Source: Candidatus Odinarchaeia archaeon (GTDB lineage Archaea; Asgardarchaeota; Odinarchaeia; Odinarchaeales; Odinarchaeaceae). Taken from it: a stretch of 27,305 bases of DNA. The DNA lies in contig JAHQXC010000009.1 in NCBI GenBank assembly GCA_029856525.1, forward strand, positions 1-27,305. The letters are read 5' to 3'. This document shows positions 26,063 through 27,305 of the stretch, piece by piece. Under the pieces are notes generated by a model. It saw nothing but the letters and a program-made list of their open reading frames with translations, did not search any database and was not told the origin of the DNA. The stretch's first letter is position 1. The number at the start of each line of letters is the position of its first letter. The position numbers were made by a program, and so were the translations under genes.

Positions 26063-27289
26063 TTGCAGAAGGATGTTCAGATTACGGTCGTAGGAAAGGT
26101 TTTCAAGCCTAATCCAAGGAAGGTCTTAGCCCTAAACATAATTCTGCACGAATACTTTGAGCTTGTGAAGTGGTATCTTGGCTTTAACTCTGATTCTAAG
26201 ACGTTTCTGCACGAAAACGGTTATGAGAGGGCTAAGAGGCTCTACAACCTAAACACCGCTTTAATTCAGACAGCTAGAGATAAAGCTGTTGAAATCCTCA
26301 AGAGTTTTGGAGAAAACAGAAATGAGAACAGCGTTCTTAGGCTTAAGCGTATATCCATACGCTTTGACAAAAGATGCTACAATTTTTCGAAAACGGCTAA
26401 TCTCTTAACGCCATATTGGTTAACTTTAAGCCTAAACAAAAGAGAAAGAATTAGCTTACCAATAGTCTTCGGGAAGAGGCAGAAAGAGAGGGTTGAAGGA
26501 GTATTTAAGGGAGATTTATCTTTCACAACAGTTGAAATGGTTAAGCGCGGCAGAGAGTGGTACGCCCATTTTATCCTATCGAAAACTGTTGAGCTGCCGG
26601 ATGAGCCTGAAACAGTGATAGCAATAGATAGAGGAGAGCACAACCTAGCCGTAGCAGCCGCCATTTCAAAGCGTAAGCCAAATAAGCCCATGAAGGGACA
26701 GTTCTGGCGCGGCGAAGAAATCAAGCGCATTAGAGGTCTATACAGTCACATCAGAAGGAAACTTCAGGAAAGGCATAGGTTAGGAAAGATTAAGGAGTTT
26801 AAGGGCAGAGAGAGGCGTAAGGTAAACCAACAACTCCATATAATAGCAAACCAGATAATCGCCTACGCCAAGCAGTTCCCAAAGCCAATAATAGTAATGG
26901 AGAACTTAAACGGAATACGAAGAAACTTCAAAAAGTCCAAGAATCTTAACAGGCGGTTCCACAGCCTTCCATTCAGAAAACTTCAGGCAATCATAGAATA
27001 CAAGGTAAACCTAGAGGGAATAGAAGTAAGATACCTCCCAAGGAAGGAAGTAAAGAACACATCGAAAACCTGCAACAGATGCGGGCATGTTGCCCAAATG
27101 AAACCGTATGAAAGGGAATTAAAATGCCCAAAATGTGGGTTAATCTACAACCGGGATCTGGACGCATGCATAAACATAGCCCATGCCTTAATGAGAGGCA
27201 TGGGATGGCGGAGCTGTGAGCCCCGCGAACCAGCACGTGTAACTGAAGGCGTAAAGCCTCAGACGAACGCTGGAAGCTCCCGACTTTAG
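26063..27289 (+). CDS. tnpB: TnpB RNA-guided endonuclease
   Basis: RuvC-I AIDRGEHN, RuvC-II VMENL, zinc finger TSKTCNRCG...CPKCG and RuvC-III NRDLDACINI; D-E-D triad intact. TTG 26063 preferred (cttaaata promoter upstream); the ORF track starts at 26009. Confidence 0.95.
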   Translation: MQKDVQITVVGKVFKPNPRKVLALNIILHEYFELVKWYLGFNSDSKTFLHENGYERAKRLYNLNTALIQTARDKAVEILKSFGENRNENSVLRLKRISIRFDKRCYNFSKTANLLTPYWLTLSLNKRERISLPIVFGKRQKERVEGVFKGDLSFTTVEMVKRGREWYAHFILSKTVELPDEPETVIAIDRGEHNLAVAAAISKRKPNKPMKGQFWRGEEIKRIRGLYSHIRRKLQERHRLGKIKEFKGRERRKVNQQLHIIANQIIAYAKQFPKPIIVMENLNGIRRNFKKSKNLNRRFHSLPFRKLQAIIEYKVNLEGIEVRYLPRKEVKNTSKTCNRCGHVAQMKPYERELKCPKCGLIYNRDLDACINIAHALMRGMGWRSCEPREPARVTEGVKPQTNAGSSRL

Positions 27290-27305
27290 TCGAGGAGTAG
27301 CTCAC
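27203..27305 (+). ncRNA. omegaRNA/reRNA scaffold overlapping the tnpB 3' end
   Basis: gtgag (27216-27220) is complementary to the terminal ctcac (pseudoknot); right-end hairpin present; guide lies outside the window; 5' boundary uncertain. Confidence 0.7.

Larger units (their letters stand above)
25967..27305 (+). mobile_element. IS200/IS605 family, TnpB-only (IS1341-type) element
   Basis: Left hairpin cccctaac-ttca-gttagggg (25985-26004); tnpB; right hairpin ctcc-cgac-ttta-gtcg-aggag plus tagctcac ending at the window edge; no tnpA seen. Left boundary approximate. Confidence 0.9.

Noticed and set aside
346-27305. Antisense or overlapping ORFs in the track (346-630, 1187-1405, 2549-2761, 4633-4947, 8771-8998, 8917-9102, 11167-11427, 17117-17347, 20798-20995, 21532-21720, 21620-21802, 23395-23619, 24554-24829, 25217-25465, 26377-26730, 26991-27305)
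   Set aside because: Shadows of well-supported genes on the opposite strand or in another frame, with no motifs.
1-27305. CRISPR array, tRNA or rRNA genes, selenocysteine recoding
   Set aside because: No regularly spaced repeats, no cloverleaf or rRNA signatures noticed; HydA uses Cys at all four metal ligands with no in-frame TGA.

Overview
AT-rich archaeal window. Archaeal evidence: Cdc6/Orc1, an Sm-like protein, DUF460, BRE/TATA promoters and GGAGG/GGTG ribosome-binding sites. An Asgard/Odinarchaeia-like thermophile is my impression only and is not demonstrated. Coding content: arsR and acr3, endonucleases IV and III, an Sm protein, a DUF460 RNase-H-fold protein, an HxlR regulator divergent from a nox/CoADR-hydBGDA (group 3b [NiFe] hydrogenase) operon, a MoxR AAA+/vWA pair, TPR and HEAT proteins, a QueT-family transporter, an lsrF/Zn-dehydrogenase operon, a zinc-ribbon protein, a TrmB-like regulator and thioredoxin, a RAM-EamA/RAM-cdc6 operon, and an intact TnpB-only IS200/IS605 element at the right edge. 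The strongest unexplained signals are non-coding. (1) Three ~180-210 bp ORF-less IS200/IS605 mini-elements with the layout TTTAA | left-end hairpin | own TATA box | omegaRNA-like scaffold | right end; one of them sits directly on the Sm gene promoter. (2) A GC-rich, pseudoknot-capable leader that can sequester the ribosome-binding site of the QueT-family gene, a candidate preQ0/preQ1-type archaeal riboswitch. (3) A compact multi-helix RNA-like element upstream of the RAM/EamA/cdc6 operon. All family calls are by motif recognition and all folds are by hand; no searches were run.
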